Source: Lepidodermella squamata (Eukaryota > Animalia > Gastrotricha). From it: a stretch of 64,000 nt of DNA. Shown here piece after piece: positions 24,779 through 37,525 of the stretch (its first letter is position 1; every line of letters begins with the position of its first letter). The DNA is taken from the NCBI GenBank assembly GCA_047495785.1, contig JBLDXI010000021.1, positions 1,488,001-1,552,000 on the forward strand, given 5' to 3'. The position numbers were made by a program, and so were the translations under genes. Under the pieces are notes generated by a model, which saw only the letters and a list, made by a program, of their open reading frames with translations, was not told the origin of the DNA and made no database searches.

Positions 24779-26699
24779 ATGTCAGCTGCCGAGAAGAATC
24801 CCTTCGGCAACGACGCCGAAGCGAATGACGAGGTTAAACGTAAGTATTTCTGGAAATTATTTAAATAATTGAGATACATTTTATTTTATTTTTAGCAACC
24901 CGGTTTGTTGGTTCATCCCGCTTCGCACTATGCCTGACGTTCATGATCGGTTTCGGCCTGTTCTATGCCATGCGAGTCGACATGTCTGTTGCGATCCTGT
25001 GCATGGTCAACCACACAGCCGCCGGTCAGATCGAAGCAGCCCAAAAAGCCGCGTCCAATTCGAGCAGCAACGTTGTCGTCGAACCGATAAACCCGGCTTG
25101 CGTGAAACAGGCGCCTGAAAACGGCACTGTTGTAATATCCGAGGACGGGCCGTTTGTCTGGGACAGCTTCGTTCAAAACCAAATTCTAGGTGCTTTCTTC
25201 TTCGGCTACCCGCTGCTTCAAGTTCCTGGCGGCTGGTTAGCTGGAGCTGTTGGAGGTCGCTGGATCATTTTCTCGTGCATCTTGCTTCTAGCCATCGCCA
25301 CCCTTCTATTGCCATTCATTGCCTACAACTGGATTGCGGTCGCTGTGTTCCGCGCTCTTCAGGGCCTTGCTTCTGGCGCCGTTTTTCCAGCCGCGCATTC
25401 CGTCATTTCGCAGTGGGCCCCGCCTCTTGAGCGGTCGAAAATCACTACCATTGCGTATTCCGGCTGTCAGCTTGGCAACGTCTTCACGTTCCCGGTTTCT
25501 GGCCTGCTGTGCCGCTACTTGAGCTGGGAATCCGTTTTCTACTTCTGGGGCGTTGCCGGTCTAGTTTGGCTGTTGCTTTGGTTCTTCTTCGGCCACAACA
25601 AACCCACCGACCACCCGCGCATCGACGCCGCGGAGAAGCGGTACATCACCAAGTCGATCGGCAACTCGGCGGGCGGCGATGGACATGCCTCGATGAACCT
25701 TTGTTCGATTCCGTGGTTTCAATTTGTCAAGTCGCCCGCGGTTTGGGGCATCCTTCTTGCCAACTTCACCAGCGACTGGGGTGCTTACACTTTCCTTAGC
25801 CAAACACCTCGTTATATGAAATCGGTAAGTATATATTTTTTTTTGAAAATTTGCTGACACTGATTTGCGTGGGGATTTGTTGTGTATATTCAAAAGGCTT
25901 GGTTTGTCTTTTACAAGGAAAACCCACGCAAATATTCGAGTGTCCGAAAATTGAGCTCAACTCTTTATTTATTGAGATGATGTCAAAATATTTGCTACTC
26001 TTGAGAGACTCGTTGATGTTAACCAATTACTGATCCTAAAAAAAAATCTAGAAAATATGGATTTTTTTGTTTTCAGAAAGTTAATTTATTCGGTTTACTT
26101 TTCAGGTCCATCATTTCGACATTGCCTCGAACTCGTCGATGAGCGCTCTGCCATACATCGGCTACTGGCTGGTGATATCGATGTCAGGCCCGCTCGCTGA
26201 TCTGATGCGCGAGAAGAACGTGCTATCGACAGTGTGGACCCGTCGCGTGTTTGCGATTTCGGGCTTCATGCTGCCCACCTTCTTGCTCATCGTCCTCGGC
26301 TACTTGTCCTGCGAGTACTGGGTCCTGGCGCTTGTCATTCTCATTCTCATCATCTCGTCATCGGGCCTGCAATACGCCAGCTGGGTGGTGTCGCACGTCG
26401 ATATCGCCCCTCAATATGCCGGCATCCTCTACGGCATCTGCAACTCCATCTCATGCGCATCGGGTATCATGACCAACTCGATAGCGGGTCTGTTCATGGA
26501 CGCGAATCCTACCCTCGAACAATGGCGCATGCTCTTCTTCATCACGGCTGGCGTGATGGCGTTCGGCTGCCTCATTTATTGCTTGTGCATTAGCGCCGAA
26601 GTCCAGCCGTGGGCGATGAACGAGTCGGATGACGAAAAAGCAAAGGCTGAGGCCGTGCCATTGAACGCTCCGCAAACGAAAGCGGAAGTTGTCGCCTAA
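24779..26699 (+). CDS. SLC17: SLC17/sialin-like MFS anion transporter; exons about 24779-24839, 24896-25824, 26106-26699
   Basis: YAMRVDMSVAILCM, QVPGG, WAPPLERS, SALPY and DIAPQYAG motifs, with about 12 hydrophobic segments. Confidence 0.92.
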
Positions 26700-28395
26700 T
26701 CGTTGTCTTCTGTATGTGTCTAGTGTTTTGAATTGTCGCCACCTTTTGAAAAATCGCGTGTAACCTATGACATCAGTTTTTATCGCGAGGGGCTTGTGTC
26801 ACTTCTTTCTTACCTATGTGAGTCGAAATGTAAACAGCAGTCGCTGCTGTTCTCTACCTGTTGTACAATCATCGCGTATTCTCGTCTCGACAGACTACAC
26901 CATGCATAGTTTGTTAATATTATTTAGTCTCTTTGTTTTTTGGCGTCGAATGTTTGTTTTTCGAATCTCGCGGTTGAATCCGCGCGTAGATCCGCCCGAT
27001 CTAATTTTGTGTTTTAATCAAAGTTTATTCTGGTTTTGTTTTCACTCTCCCAGCCACTCAGCATTTTAGTTTTTCCCCAGCGCTCATGGGACAACTTCTG
27101 ATCTGTTTTGATCTCATGAGGCGCTCGAGCATAATAATGATAATATCTATTTTCTCTGTTTATATATATATTTCTGCATTGCCAAATTTGCATTTTAACA
27201 ATCGCGTCGAGTGGAAAAGTCCATTTCCACCTAGTTCACTACTAGCAGACTTTTGCTGCTAATGCTGCTGTTCCTATTTGACATAAAATTCACGGAAATA
27301 TACGACTTGTGTATGATTATAACTGACGACAGAAGCTGCGCGTTGTGAATTCTATGTTGAAAAATATTGTATTGTTATCCGCTAAAACTGTCAGTCACCT
27401 GATTTTCCCGGCCCACCTTAACGGTGTGTGATGGCGGTGATTTCAATCATTATATCAGTCATTTCATTCAATCAATCATCCTGTTAACTATGAGAGAGAT
27501 TCCGAGCTTTGGTTCGCAGATTTTTTGTTTTTAAAAATCGTAAATTGACCATTCTTTTACATGCGGCTTGCCCTGATGTGTTAGTTTCTTCTTTCTTGGA
27601 CGGCGCGTTTTACTTATTATGTATTGGTGTAAATACCATCCTGTTTGAACAAAGGTTTGAGAAATAAATCAGCGAGCTGCAGAAATAATGGCTTGATCAT
27701 TAATCGGCGTTATATTTTTGGGACAGATTATGGGCAACTTTTTCGGTTATTGCTCAATATTCGAATGCAGCAGATACAGCACTGTGAACCCAGAAGCAAC
27801 ACTCGCATCTTTGTTGCGCTTATCACGTGATGTTCGCAATTCCCTTGCGGGGCATGCTTTCAAGGAGAAATGATTCCCGCATGCATCGTCTCTTCGATAA
27901 TGAATTCATTTTTCTAGGGACATTGTTTTCCGACTAGCATTGTTAGCTGCTTCAAGTCATCAATTTATAATTCGAAATACTCGCCAAATGATCTGAGTCC
28001 GTGGGCAGATCATCCCCCTCCTCTTCATATAAAATACTATAAAATGCGAAATTACTACGAAATCAATTTTCACCTCGACATGCGTGGATTTACGGTAGTG
28101 CGTTCAGAAAATAGATATTAGGTGGTGTCAGCTCCCCGTTGCCCCGTTGAATATTATATTTCTCAACCCCAACTATTCCAGGGATCATTTGAACTACCTG
28201 TCGCTATCGAGCAAACATCATCACAGAGAGTGCGCGCAAAGCTAATTTTTCCGCTTTCCTACGTCAGTACCTTTTTGTAAATGTCTGCTCCTTAATCAAA
28301 TTGTCTTTTCAAGCATCCCACGTCTTTCTTGTTTGTATTTCACTCGATTGCTATCTCATGTTCAACAATATTTTAACGCTGAAATCTGTCATTAG

Positions 28396-28823
28396 ATGCA
28401 TCCAAGCTCTCCCGCACTATCTTTTATGATTTTGCTGAGCTTTCTAGTGGAGCACGGTGAGCAATATTTGGCACCGAACGAAGCCTCAAAATCACCAGTG
28501 CAGACCGGTAACTTCATGAAGTGAGCGTATTGCCTAATTCAAATTTCAACGTAAATCGTTCCTATTAACTAATTAGTCAATGCCGACAACAATGTGGAGT
28601 GCCTGCGATGGTAAAGGGCCATGGAACTGCAGCGCTGCAAAGATACACACCGGCGGCTAATTTGCATCGCAAGCGGCAAATGCGATGCGTTAAAAGCTGC
28701 ATGTGCCACATGTACTGCACTTTGTTCGAAGGAGCAGGATTTACTAAATATGCATCTTGCCAATCGCAATGCATATTAGATCCAATAGATCAAACCATCG
28801 GGGTAGATAATGCCAATATATGA
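28396..28823 (+). CDS. Small 8-cysteine putative secreted protein A (123 aa; exons 28396-28520, 28577-28823)
   Basis: Hydrophobic N-terminus (ALSFMILLSFLV) and a 56-bp GT-AG intron that restores frame. Pattern C-x3-C-x30-C-x3-C-x-C-x3-C-x13-C-x3-C; paralogous to 53634-54060. Confidence 0.75.
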
Positions 28824-31359
28824 AAAGCCATGTTACAGTTTACTTACGTATCTATCAACTATCAATATATTTCGCTTTCATTTCGTTTTACATTTGGAAT
28901 TTGTAAAAGCTTTCTCTTTAGCTATGCCAAACAGAGGAACCGCAGGTAAAGCGTCAAATGAGCATGCCAAACATATCTTGAAGAACTGGAAAAGCTCCAA
29001 CATAGCGTCACCTTCAATGCCTGCTAATGAATTATGAATACGCATTAGAATAAAAAAAACTGAGATGTTTATATCCGACAGGATTTGCTATTGTTTCCTC
29101 TCAGCAGGATGTGCAAAGAACAGAAAATTACGCTTGAAATTTACAGGACATTGTTTCTTACAAACCTTTATAGTAAACAAGAAACCTGTAAGCTTTCTGC
29201 TCCATGATGGCCTTTTTATTTCTGACTCGGAATGTTTGATTGATTCAACGGCATCTGATCGCATTTCTAATTGAATATCGACATGACCAATCCATGTCGA
29301 TATTCCAATCCATGATTCTACACTGCGCGAAGATGTCAGGTCCCGTAAATCACCCGTGAATTCCGATAACTTTTTTTGTGGTGAATCTGTAGTGAAACTA
29401 GCCCCTCTACCTAACAAGTCTACTATTCGCGACGCTCAACGTAACAATTTTATCTAAAGCTAAATGTGCGAAACGTGGAAAGAGGCCGCGTCTTTTGCCC
29501 GTGATTCGCATTCAGTTTGCGAATAATTTACAACGGTTTTAACATTACTCGTACGTAAATGATGGGCGTATATTTTTACGACAGATTCACATACAAATGA
29601 TCATTTATTCGTTTTATGGTAGGATCGGACTTTTTCTGCGCAGTGTAGTACACTGCACCAGAGTTATCCATGTGACGTAGATAGAGTTATCCACTTGTTC
29701 AAAATTCAGGACCTAACAGGAAGCAGGATTTCTAAATCCGTAACATGCCCGGTCGCATTCCGAAATATGCTTTAAAATATTTGCCCAGATTTTATCGATT
29801 TACTTGCACAATGTTGCCTAAAAATGGCTCATCTCTCCGACCATTCGTTATTATTTTTGAGGCACAGATGAGGTGGCAGAATTGTAGCTCATTGCTCTTA
29901 GCTATCAACAGGCTATACCCCACCTTACCTAATACGGGTCTTGGGAATTCGACCGGAACCCGACTCGCTGACAACCCTCGTACAGTGAACGCAGGCAAGA
30001 TATCATAGAAGGTTTAAGACTGTGGCGTCCAATTCGCGAAACTTTCCCAAAGCTGGCCGAATCATTCAAGCATCCATCAGTTCGGATCAGCAACACTCGA
30101 ATGAATGAACGAAAAATAGTGGAGACATTGCGACATCGACGACTTGCAAATCGCTTTTTAAACGTAAAACACAGCCTAGATTAACTGTCACAATTCGCCA
30201 TGCTCTTATCAAATTTTCGGCTCTGCCATGCATGTATGGGAAAATGCTACGTGAAAAACTCTAATCTTTCGTTGTTGCGTTGTTACAGTGAGAGCTTCCT
30301 GAAAATTTGCAGGCATTTCGGGCATTTCGAAAATCCTAAACGTTGCTATTTTTGCGGACAATGTTGGCTAGGCATGGCCTATAGATCTAACACACCTTCC
30401 CATCTAAACTCAAGACTCTTGAGCTCGAAATTGCCGCAAAACTCCCGAGGAAAATCGCGGCCCGACGACTTAAAACATGCGGCTGAGATTTATGTTTCTT
30501 AAATATATAACAAATTTGTAATTATTTTATAGGCTTCATTTTGCTGTTATCAGGCAATTTACGATAATTTTAATATCGGTTACATAGAGATGGTGTTTTC
30601 ACTTTTTAAAAGTTTTTCTCGCGGGTTGTCGCTGTTTTGGTTGCGTCCCATCGTGTGACCCATCGGCCATCGGCTGCTTTTACCGAAAGGCCACCGGCAG
30701 GTAGTGATGGAAGATGAAAGACTTGGAACATTGGTCCTTAGATCGCTACTCGCTACACTGCGTGTCTCCAAATCGTTTACTTTCCAGATCACGCCTGACT
30801 GATGACAGATTATTTTGTTTGCCTTTTCCTGCGAGATGTTTAGCGGCAAGCGAGCCTTTCTGTGAACGGCAAGTTCTTTGACGTAGCCATAGTAAGCTCC
30901 GGAATTTTGGTGGAAGGCCTAATATTAAATTGTTAATCGACGCTCTTCTAGGAGCGTTGACCCTTAAAAATCACGTAGCACGTAGCACCTTCATCTGGTT
31001 ACGTTTTAGATCTTATGAAAGTTTGCTGTGCCCCATGAAGTAAAATGTAGTACTATTGCTCAAATAACTATGTTACATGCTATTTTTCTCCTAAAATTGG
31101 ACGAAGATGTTGGTATTTTAGGTTGAGATATCAAACTTCCCCCAAAACCATAGCCTGATGTTTAGTGTTTAGCATTGATTTGGTTTTATGCCACCTTCGG
31201 CATTCGGCAGAGTATCCGACCGCCAGAGAAAATAGCTAATCGGCATTCGGTCCTTCTACTGTGGAAAATTCATCCGCAGATCATGAATCTGCATATTTCT
31301 TATCGAGATTTTGCCATTAGGACATTCGCTGCTTTATTTTTTTGTGTGGGAGCTGTGAT

Positions 31360-32289
31360 ATGCTTCGACTTCCTTATAAGCTGCTTCGTTGTTTGCCATT
31401 GAATTCGAATGCAAGGCGGCAATACACTATCGTCTCCACCGCCAATCCCGTCATTTCTGGAATGATTAGTTCTCTTCATTCTGCACATGAAATGTTGGGT
31501 ACAAATTGGTGGATTCCTGTTGTTGCTTGCACTTTCGCGATGAAGTCCGTGTTGGTTTTTCCGTTAGCAATACATACGCAGAAGCTTTTGGAAAGGCGTC
31601 AGCGATTTCTGAAAGAGCTTCAAGATAAACTCGTTCACCTCAAGTGGAAAACAGCCATGGCCCACAAGGAATTTTCGTGGTCAAACAAAATGTCCAATGA
31701 TGTTTTTAACTTCAATAAGCAAGAACTTCGTAGATCTCTGGTGCTGAAGTATAATTGCCATTTTGCCAAGATACCAATTGGAAATTTATTTTCGGCTGCT
31801 CTCTGGTTGCATATGTCATTCTCGCTGCGCCACCTAACTGGTCGTGTTCCATTTATGGATGCGCCTTCGCCAGCTTTTGAGCCTACGTTGCAGTCTGGTG
31901 GCTGTTTATGGTTCGAAAATCTTCTTGCATCAGACCCTTATTTTGTTTTCCCCGTCATTCTTTTGGTCGCAAATATGGCTAATATTCAACTGTCATCAAT
32001 ACCGATTGGAAAAGCCATTCCGCAAAGTAAGATCACCAAATATCTTATGGTTGCCTCGCGTTGCGGCACAATATTAATGTTTGGTATTGCTTGTCAAACG
32101 CCGTCATTGATTACATTGTATTGGGCAACGTCGGCTGTTTTTGGGTTACTACAAAACCTTCTGTTCCGATCTTCCAGATTTTGCTCTATCGTCGGAATTC
32201 CTCATGGCTCTCAAATGAGTACTACCGAAAACGTTACCAAACAATCGCAGCCGGAAGAAAATAACTTGGGCCAAAAACATAAACTTTAA
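31360..32289 (+). CDS. COX18: Mitochondrial inner-membrane insertase COX18 (Oxa1/YidC family), intronless CDS
   Basis: Arg-rich presequence, YNCH, GGCLWFENL.ASDP and LYWATS motifs. Lacks the long Oxa1-type C-terminal tail. Confidence 0.88.
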   Translation: MLRLPYKLLRCLPLNSNARRQYTIVSTANPVISGMISSLHSAHEMLGTNWWIPVVACTFAMKSVLVFPLAIHTQKLLERRQRFLKELQDKLVHLKWKTAMAHKEFSWSNKMSNDVFNFNKQELRRSLVLKYNCHFAKIPIGNLFSAALWLHMSFSLRHLTGRVPFMDAPSPAFEPTLQSGGCLWFENLLASDPYFVFPVILLVANMANIQLSSIPIGKAIPQSKITKYLMVASRCGTILMFGIACQTPSLITLYWATSAVFGLLQNLLFRSSRFCSIVGIPHGSQMSTTENVTKQSQPEENNLGQKHKL

Positions 32290-32327
32290 TATTTTGCACG
32301 CTGATTTATTTTATTTTCGTTGTGTAG

Positions 32328-35300
32328 ATGGCCTTATTTAAAAAAATTGGTCACTTATTCGCGCCGGACAAAGCAAACAAGAAAAACTTATTCGGGTCTC
32401 TTGTGCAGCGGAATGTCAATCCTTATGACTTATGGAACGTAGAGAGTGAACTTGGCGATGGTTCGTTCGGGAAAGTCTTTCGTGCTGTAAATAAGGAAAC
32501 CGGAGTTAACGCCGCTTTGAAAGAAGTTCCCATTGAAAGTGATGAAGATTTGGAGGATCACATGGTCGAACTTAGCATTCTTCATGAGTGCAAGCACAAA
32601 AATATAGTGGCACTTTTTGAGGCATTCATGTACGATGACAAAATAATGGTAAGTTTGAATATTCTGCCAAATATTAATCTAATTTTAATATCCACATCTA
32701 GATGCTCCTGGAGTATTGCGGTGGCGGAGCTGTTGACAATATCATGATTGAGCTTGATAAACCGCTATCGGAACCGCAGATTCGTCATGTCTGCCATGAG
32801 TTATGCGAAGGCCTTGCGTTTTTACACAAACATAACGTCATCCACCGTGATATTAAAGCCGGCAATATTTTACTCACGTTAAATGGGATGGTCAAACTGG
32901 CCGATTTCGGCGTTTCTTCAAAGGATTCCAGAGCAGGAGTAAAACATACAACTTTCATAGGAACACCATACTGTAAGTCTGCTCTGTTATAACCACTGCA
33001 TGGCGTATTCATTTTTTATGTTATTTTCAGGGATGGCTCCTGAAGTAGCTATTTGTGATGCGGTGAAAGATGAACCTTATGATCACCGGGTGGATATTTG
33101 GTCTCTTGGCATAACGCTTATTGAACTAGCGCAGATGCAGCCTCCGCATCATGAAATGAGCCCTATGCGTGTAATCATGCGCATTCTAAAGTCAGATCCA
33201 CCGACATTGGAACGCCCTAATTTGTGGTCGTCTGAGTTCTCCGATTTCTTATCTCACTGTCTTGTTAAAAACCCGGAAGACCGCTGGCCAATAGCTGATT
33301 TGTTAAAACATCCATTCGTTAAAGACGCTTCAGATCATCAGCCGGTTCTGTTACTTCTGGCCGAATTTCGTGCCGATGTGTCGGAAACGCAAGAGGAAAT
33401 TACTGATCCAGAAGTTATCAAGAGATTTTCACATCAGGGCGAATCAGTCGAAACTGCCGACCCTTCGCCAAATGTTACGAGAATAGCTGAGCCCGAGCGT
33501 CAAATCAGCACGGAGTCAGCCGTATCAATTCGCATGGATAGCGCTTCGTCGGCTAATACCCCAGCGTCAATTTCCCCTCAAAAGCTAGAACCAGTCACTG
33601 AGAAAAAGTCGATTATATTTGTTGTCAATTCACCATCTCCAATCGACCCTTCAGAAGCTGATGACTCAATATTAGAACAAGTTATCATCGAAATGCTCAA
33701 TGAGGTCATTTTGGACGACGTTAACAGTCCCTCTGTTCCTGAATGTGTTGCGGCTAGCATATCAGAATACGTCTCGGAATTAAGTTCAAAAGCTGCTGCT
33801 AAAACACCAAATCCACCTCTTTCCAGCTCTTCATCTATTCAATCTGTCTCGAAATCAGCGCCTGAGCCGAAAACTCAAGCGAATGGCTTGAAAAAGAGAC
33901 AAGAGCCGGCAACGGCTAATTCAACACCGCAGCGTAGATTACCTCGCACGGCGTACAATCCTGTGCCCGAAGAGCCTGATCAAAATGTACAACCAGAGGG
34001 TACTGACTTGGAGACTAAGCGATCCCCGCTACAAAAACGGTTAAGCGTCGCAGAAATGGCGAAAATAATTCAGGTAAAATTGGGACATCAATCTGAAACT
34101 GATTCGGAGCCACCTCAACCTCAGCCGCAGCCAAAGGGCTTGCCTCGTCGGAATAGCCAAGTTATGGAACGGCCCCAACCATCGCCGGTGCCTCAACCGA
34201 TTTACTCTGATGCGATGGGGGGTTATCAGGATTATGGAGATAATTTACAGAAAAAACCACCGCCACCTCTACCACCTCGACATCATTCAGCATCTTCCGC
34301 TTTCCAGTCTGAAGATGTCAACTCGCCGTCTTCGTATTTGCCCGCCTCGGCAGCGGCGCAACAACAACAGCGCATCGTCAATGCGGAACCGTCGCTGTCT
34401 CCCATCCCCGTAGTAGCCGGGCCAAGGGTTTGTTTGCTCAGCTCTTCATTGTTTTGAATGCTCATTGTAAACACTTTTGTCAATAGGACGTCGTAATGCG
34501 GTCGCTAGACAATGCCGACGGCCGCGATACGATTGAGCGATCGGCATCTCGATACCGCACCCTCGTCCGGGTCAGGCGCTTCGAGTTTGCAGGCAAAACC
34601 GTAACAACCAGCACTAGTCATTTGATTGTCACAAACGAAGGCGGAAATTCGACCGTTGTTGATCGTAGCAAGGCGATGGCGCGCGAACGTCGCCGCCACC
34701 TGCGCGAACTCAAAGTCCTGCAACGTGCCGAGAACAAGGCCTATCAAGAGATGCTGACGAAGAGCAACCTCGAGTTAGACCAACACGCGAAGCGGATAGA
34801 AGCAGAGCGTGAAAACATTCTTGCTCGGTACGAAAACGAAGAAGAGCTATTACGCCAGCAACAAAAGCAAAATTTAGAGGCTGTTGAGCGGTCGCAGGCG
34901 CGTGAAATGAAAACTCTTGTAAAACGGCTCAATGAACAACAGGAACGGGAGTTCAAAGCTCTCCGCGAGACAGGCAAGGAAGAGCTGAAAGCGCTTGAGC
35001 GTGAAATTGGCCGGCTGCCGAAGGATTTGCGCAAACAAACTCTTCGCATTAAAACCACGATGAAACAAGACGAATTAGCGCGTCGAGAGGCGGATTTTGC
35101 GCGACGCCAGGAGGAGAAAATGCAACTTGAAAAACGCACTCTGGCTGAATCGCATCGTGGCGACCTGCTACGGTTGGAGCAGCAATTCCTCGAGCAACAA
35201 CAACACATTCGGCGAAAGCAAGAGGCTGAAGTGGCGCAGTTAGAGGAACGGCAGGTACATGAAAAGCACGCGTTGTCTCAGCGGCACATTTTGACGGCGT

Positions 35301-36324
35301 ACAAATTGAAACAACAACAAATGTCGACGCGGCATTTGCGTGAATTGGCTCGATTGCGCGCCGAGGCTGATCACACCGTGGCAGAACTAAAGCAGAGTCA
35401 TAATGCAGAGATGAAACTGATTCCGCGCAAAATTCGTGAGGAGTCGAAAGTTCGGCTCCAGATGTACAAGGAAAAACTGAGAATCGAAAGTAAAAAGAGC
35501 GGTATCAGTGATATGCGGCTCGGTTTTATGAATCTTGTGGGCGATGGTAATCGCGAGAAAATACGTGAGGTTTGTTGTTTATTGTTTTAGCTCTCGTTCC
35601 ATAAATCACGCATTATTTACCTTGATCTGCGTAGTTTGAAATGGAAGAAAAGCGGCGCAAGGAGGAGTATCAAGATCGAGTTGAACGTAGACACAAAATC
35701 GCCCTTGCCAAACTCGAGGCTGAGAACGAAGCGCTGATAAAGGAGACCGAGGCCGCTCATTGCGAGGCCTTGCGTCAACTCGCGGATGCCGAGGCTACCA
35801 AACTGAACGAACTTGATCGCGAGTTTCAGGAGGAATTACTCCGATGCCATAACGCCCATCTTAACGCCCAGGCAGAACTCGAAAATCGTTTTAGAGAAGA
35901 ACTTGAAGATCAGCGACGGTTTTATCACGTCCCTGTTTGTTTACGCCTACTTTGATTTTCTTATTTATTTCTACTGATTGGATTTTTTCAGCTTCACTCC
36001 ACAACTTCGTCTCCGAACTCAGCTGGTGCTGTCGGAGTATCAGTTCGATCTTCCAAATCTTCGTACGGAGTTGGCTATTCCAACGACGATTCGCTGTCGA
36101 CTGGAACGGCCTCTAGCTCTGAAAACCACCAACGAATGTACCAAAGTCAGCACAACACGTCTAATTTTAGCGGTCTTCCGCGCTCGACTATGGCAGTCTC
36201 GGACTACGAGCTGGCTCTCGCAGCTCGCGGTGGACGCGAAACCAATAATGCGATGTCGGCTTCGACAATAGTTATGCAACAAACCCAAAAGTCACAAGCC
36301 ATCTACACATCAGAAATGTTGTAG
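32328..36324 (+). CDS. SLK: STE20-family kinase STK10/SLK (Slik) with C-terminal coiled-coil (PKK) region
   Basis: ELGDGSFGKV, HRDIKAGN, DFG and GTPY|WMAPE; RTLVRVRRFE motif; long coiled coil. Five short introns; last exon 35992-36324. Confidence 0.93.
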
Positions 36325-37525
36325 TCCAAGCTCAATTTTTTGTATCCTTAGCCCAGATTAACGATGGTGCCTTATCTATTTTTTGTAAAATTCATCAACT
36401 TTCACTCTTAGGCTGCAAAAGTGGTTGTTTCTTTTCGAATCATAAGAGCTGCTCAACGCTTCGACCAATGCCCTTCTAGAAATTATTGTTCGATTCGGCT
36501 CTTGCCTGCTCGATGTCAACTGATTTCCAAAACAAAAATTGTGATCACTTCGGAAACTTATCTTCTGTTTTTGATTAGTGCGTCTTTTTGCTCACTTCCG
36601 TTGTTGTGAAAGGACCTGTGCTATGCTAAACAAACATTGCACTGACCATTGATTGATTTATTGCTGGCTCCTGTTAGAGCCCCATCTTCTTTTGTTCATC
36701 GCGGATATTTTTATCGACCAAAGCCTAGCCAATTTTCTTCAGTTTTTTCTGGCCGAACGAACGGGTCATTTACGCGTCTATTGATTACCGATAGACCCGT
36801 CGTCGCAGTATTAACAACCCTACGTGTTGCCTGCATCAGTTTACATTCCTTCGCGTGTTAATTGCCGGAATGCGACACGCCGCTCGTTAACCGCGTGTTT
36901 GTTCGGCAAATAGCGTTAACGCGATTTAATGTAGCTCAAATGTGTATGGACTTGATGTCGTAATTCCCGTTGGTAGAAGATTTAATTTTTTTACTTGCAA
37001 AATCAATCGTTTTCAAAAGAACTTTCACTAGCTGTCACGTTTTTATTTCGAGAATTTGTTTCTATGCGTGTACATGTACAGAATTCCAAAGATATGCAAG
37101 TGGCACTTATTCCCGTTCTTTTTCCCTTCCTTCTTCAGAAGAAACTGCTCCCTCGCATTTGGTTGTCACTTTTTGAGTTTGCTCTGGTGGCTGCTTTGTT
37201 TCATTTTTCTTCCTATCCTATAGTTGTGAAAAATATTGTGAGTTTTGTATAATGAAGATGATAAAAAAAAGCTATTCTCACATTTATATTGCTATTATAA
37301 TAAGTTGAATTGAAATAGAGTTAATTTATACATCAAAAATAATATGATATGGTTGTAAAATGTAAGTGCGATTATTCCCGCTAATTTCATCAATATTTCG
37401 TAATGTATAATATTTATGACGTTGGCATTTCAAAAATGCAAAGAAAATTTGTGCATGAGTTGATAATTTTGGGTTTTTGTGATTTTTTAGATATTTTACA
37501 TTATTTTCTATGCAATCGTGTTCAA

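Noticed and set aside
25975-26035. Possible box C/D snoRNA in the SLC17 intron
   Set aside because: Imperfect C box, short length, weak terminal stem and no identifiable guide.
30880-30920. Possible SL RNA gene (GTAAG followed by Sm-like AATTTTGG)
   Set aside because: The donor-to-Sm distance is too short and there are no convincing stem-loops.
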